DNA of 64,000 bases from an uncultured Gemmatimonadales bacterium. Its GTDB lineage: Bacteria > Gemmatimonadota > Gemmatimonadetes > Gemmatimonadales > GWC2-71-9. The notes beneath the pieces are model-generated. The model saw only the letters and a list, made by a program, of their open reading frames with translations. It had not been told where the DNA came from and made no database searches. The stretch covers positions 512,001 to 576,000 of the forward strand of contig CAVYSW010000010.1 of assembly GCA_963771275.1 (NCBI GenBank), given 5' to 3'. Every line of letters begins with the position of its first letter. The stretch's first letter is position 1. Positions 59,670-64,000 of the stretch are shown here, piece by piece. The position numbers and the translations under genes were made by a program.

Positions 59670-60065
59670 TCACCGGTGGGGCGGCGCGCCCTGGGCGCGG
59701 CTCGTACTGGGCGGCGCCGGTGGGACCGCCACGCTGTCCGGTCGCGGTGTCGCCGGACCGACGCGTTCGAGCAGGATCGGTTCCTCCAGGTCGCCGCCGG
59801 AGAGCGTGAGGCGCCGGCCGGCCAGCTTGAAGTTGTAGACCATCCACTCGTCGCCCATGGCGATAAAGATCGAGTCCGCCACGATGCGCCAGCGCACCGT
59901 CTCGTCCCCCCAGCTCGCGGACGAATCGGCCCGGACGATCACGGCCTGCGGACCGTCGGGGGTCTTCGCACGCCACGTCCCGTCGAGGCGTGGCGCTCGC
60001 TGTCCGGTCGCAATCCCAACCGGTGACGCGATGAGCAGGATCCCCAAGAGCGCACCCGCATGCAT
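59670..60065 (-). CDS. Secreted hypothetical protein
   Basis: Signal peptide, LDGTW, L.LSGGDL..P. Confidence 0.65.
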   Translation of the reverse strand: MHAGALLGILLIASPVGIATGQRAPRLDGTWRAKTPDGPQAVIVRADSSASWGDETVRWRIVADSIFIAMGDEWMVYNFKLAGRRLTLSGGDLEEPILLERVGPATPRPDSVAVPPAPPSTSRAQGAPPHR

Positions 60066-60167
60066 AGGCATAAGTTACGTTGGTCGTGAAGGCGATGCCA
60101 CGGAGGCCGCGGCGCCGGTGATGCGCGTCACACGAGCGGCCGAGCCTACCCCCTCCCGGAGACGGTC

Positions 60168-61169
60168 ATGCGGACCCGATCAGCTCCCATTGCGCTCGCG
60201 CTGAGTGCCCTCGTCACGATGCCGGTCGCCGCACAACAGGTGCCACGCCGCCCGGCGCACACGTTCTCCATCGTCGCGCTGGACAGCGTCACCGGTGACA
60301 TCGGCGTCGCCGTCCAGTCGCACTGGTTCAGTGTGGGGAGTGGCGTGGTCTGGGCGGAGCCGGGGGTGGGTGCCGTGGCGACGCAGTCGTTCATTGATCC
60401 GAGCTACGGCCCGCGCGGGCTCTACCTCATGGGCACCGGGGTTTCCGCTCCCGAAGCCCTCGCGGCATTGCTGCGGGCAGATGCCGACAGCGCCGTCCGC
60501 CAGGTCGCCATGATCGACGCGCGCGGGCGCGTGGCCGCGTACACCGGCTCGCGCGACATCCCAGCCGCCGGCCAGCACGTGGGCCGGTGGTATTCAGTGC
60601 AGGCCAACTTGATGCGCAGCGACGCGGTGTGGCCCGCCATGGCCCGTGCCTTCGAGGCGACGCGGGGCGACCTCGCCGACCGGCTGCTCGCCGCGCTCGA
60701 TGCAGCCCAGGCGGCGGGGGGCGACATCCGCGGCCAGCAGTCGGCGGCCCTGATCGTCGTGGGGGGGACGCGCGGCGCCCGGCCCTGGGAGCGGAAGTTC
60801 GATCTCCGCGTGGAGGACAGTCCCCGACCGCTGGCCGAGCTGCGGCGTCTGGTGACGCTGCAGCGTGCCTACCGGGCCGCGACCGACGGCGACAACTTCG
60901 TGGCCGCCGGTCAGGTGGATTCCGCGCTCGCGAGCTATCGCCGCGCGTCGGAGTTCGTGCCCGATTCGGCGACGAACGGCGAGCTGATCTACTGGGTCGC
61001 CGTGACGCTGGCGGACATCGGGCGCGTGGACGAGTCCATTCCCCTGTTCCGGCGGGCCTTTCGCCAGGACCCGAGCTGGGTTGTCCTGCTGCCGAGGCTT
61101 CCGGCGGTGGGACTGCTGCACGCCGATAGCACGACGGTCCAGCGCATCATCCGCGACGCGAGCCGGTGA
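60168..61169 (+). CDS. DUF1028 (Ntn-hydrolase-like) protein with C-terminal TPR-like region
   Basis: HTFSIVA.D...G.IGVAVQS, GAVATQS, GGD.RG.QSA, DLRVED. Confidence 0.9.
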   Translation: MRTRSAPIALALSALVTMPVAAQQVPRRPAHTFSIVALDSVTGDIGVAVQSHWFSVGSGVVWAEPGVGAVATQSFIDPSYGPRGLYLMGTGVSAPEALAALLRADADSAVRQVAMIDARGRVAAYTGSRDIPAAGQHVGRWYSVQANLMRSDAVWPAMARAFEATRGDLADRLLAALDAAQAAGGDIRGQQSAALIVVGGTRGARPWERKFDLRVEDSPRPLAELRRLVTLQRAYRAATDGDNFVAAGQVDSALASYRRASEFVPDSATNGELIYWVAVTLADIGRVDESIPLFRRAFRQDPSWVVLLPRLPAVGLLHADSTTVQRIIRDASR

Positions 61170-61355
61170 GGCGCGCGCGAGGCGTCGCGAGGCACGACGC
61201 CGCCGCATGGCCGTTGCGTCTCTGCAACACGGCCTGAGCGCTCCGCTGTTTGGCGGGGCGCTTTCTGCTTGTGCCACATGCCGTTACGGACGCCACAGGT
61301 TTGGCGGTGCGGATCCTGTATCCCAATGATCCGACTGCCGGACGGAGCTTGAGCT

Positions 61356-61748
61356 GTGGCAAAGCGGACGATTGTTCTCGGACTTGGTCTCGCGCTGGCG
61401 GCTTGTGCCTCCCCCACGGAAGCCGGGCGGCTGGACCTGCAGGGTGCGTGGACCGGGAGCGTGGATCAGCCCGACGTGCATCTGGAGGTCACCCTCGCGC
61501 GGCGATCGGCAGGCGGGGGTAACGGCACGTTCGAGGGGACTGGCACGCTGTGGGGCGCCGGTCCTCGCGTGGATCTCGTCGTGACCGGCACGTCTGTGGG
61601 CGACAGCGTCACCCTCATGCTCGAGCCCCCGGGCTACGTGCCGATCAGGTTCGATGCCGCCGCCTCGCCGGATGCGCTGCGGCTGGTGGGGACGCTGGAC
61701 GGCTCCGGCATCCGCGCCCTGCCCTTCGTCCTCGAGCGCCAGCCATAG
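61356..61748 (+). CDS. Hypothetical lipoprotein
   Basis: Lipobox LAAC, G.W.G beta-rich body. Confidence 0.7.
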   Translation: MAKRTIVLGLGLALAACASPTEAGRLDLQGAWTGSVDQPDVHLEVTLARRSAGGGNGTFEGTGTLWGAGPRVDLVVTGTSVGDSVTLMLEPPGYVPIRFDAAASPDALRLVGTLDGSGIRALPFVLERQP

Positions 61749-61772
61749 CGGCGAGGTTGCGTCGAGGGCTCG

Positions 61773-61816
61773 AAACGAAGACGCCCCGGGGGTTGCACCC
61801 CGGGGCGTCTTCGTTT
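61773..61816. terminator. Bidirectional intrinsic terminator after groL
   Basis: AAACGAAGACGCCCCGGGG...CCCCGGGGCGTCTTCGTTT perfect inverted repeat between convergent genes. Confidence 0.88.
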
Positions 61817-61829
61817 GCGTGCTGCCGTG

Positions 61830-63795
<1,966 letters not shown>

Positions 63796-63847
63796 CTCCA
63801 ATGCCTCCGTGACACTAAGATGTTGAAAATAAATACCTTAAATGCGC

Positions 63848-63874
63848 CTAGCACTCGGTGCCAGTGAGTGCTAA
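63848..63874 (-). promoter_or_regulatory. CIRCE element (HrcA operator)
   Basis: TTAGCACTC-N9-GAGTGCTAG. Confidence 0.93.
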
Positions 63875-63883
63875 CGAGAGGGA

Positions 63884-63911
63884 AGTATACCCCAGGGACC
63901 GGGGGTGTCAA
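63884..63911 (-). promoter_or_regulatory. sigma70 promoter of groESL
   Basis: TTGACA-16 bp-TATACT immediately upstream of CIRCE. Confidence 0.8.
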
Positions 63912-64000
63912 GGGAGGTCTGCTACTCCACGATCCTGCGCGCCAGCACCCAGCGCTGCTGCCACCAGCGGCTGTCACCGTCGGGCGCCGAGAGGCTCGAC

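Overview
High-GC bacterial chromosome segment, mostly core genome. Gene content and synteny suggest Gemmatimonadota (inference). From left to right: the 5' ~1.38 kb of a 16S rRNA gene with its promoter and boxA; a kinase-less PAS/pseudo-receiver protein; an mtaD-mtnA-aldolase SAM-byproduct salvage cluster; tRNA-Arg; a sigma54-type promoter upstream of a Ser/Thr kinase; an outer-membrane barrel plus a 10-repeat Ig/BACON-like lipoprotein and a degenerate GGDEF protein; ackA, tRNA-Pro, a Rieske oxygenase and cysE-cysK; an envelope operon (Omp85-protease, lptE, rph, rdgB); lpxH; a long minus-strand run (rimP-nusA-infB-rbfA-truB-ribF-secDF-tatD-fhs-ridA-selC); murA, uvrD, serS, sugar-nucleotide genes, a HEAT/HD-GYP pair and CIRCE-groESL. 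The best candidate novelty is an unannotated 38-aa, 6-Cys leader peptide with mutually exclusive RNA hairpins ahead of cysE-cysK, which looks like a cysteine-sensing attenuator. Also notable are a shared 'YPEGH' N-terminal domain in the HEAT/HD-GYP pair, several apparently leaderless genes, and a probable CTG start for truB. Two genes carry frameshifts that resemble long-read indel errors. No mobile element, prophage or CRISPR array was seen. All calls were made by eye; no database searches were run.
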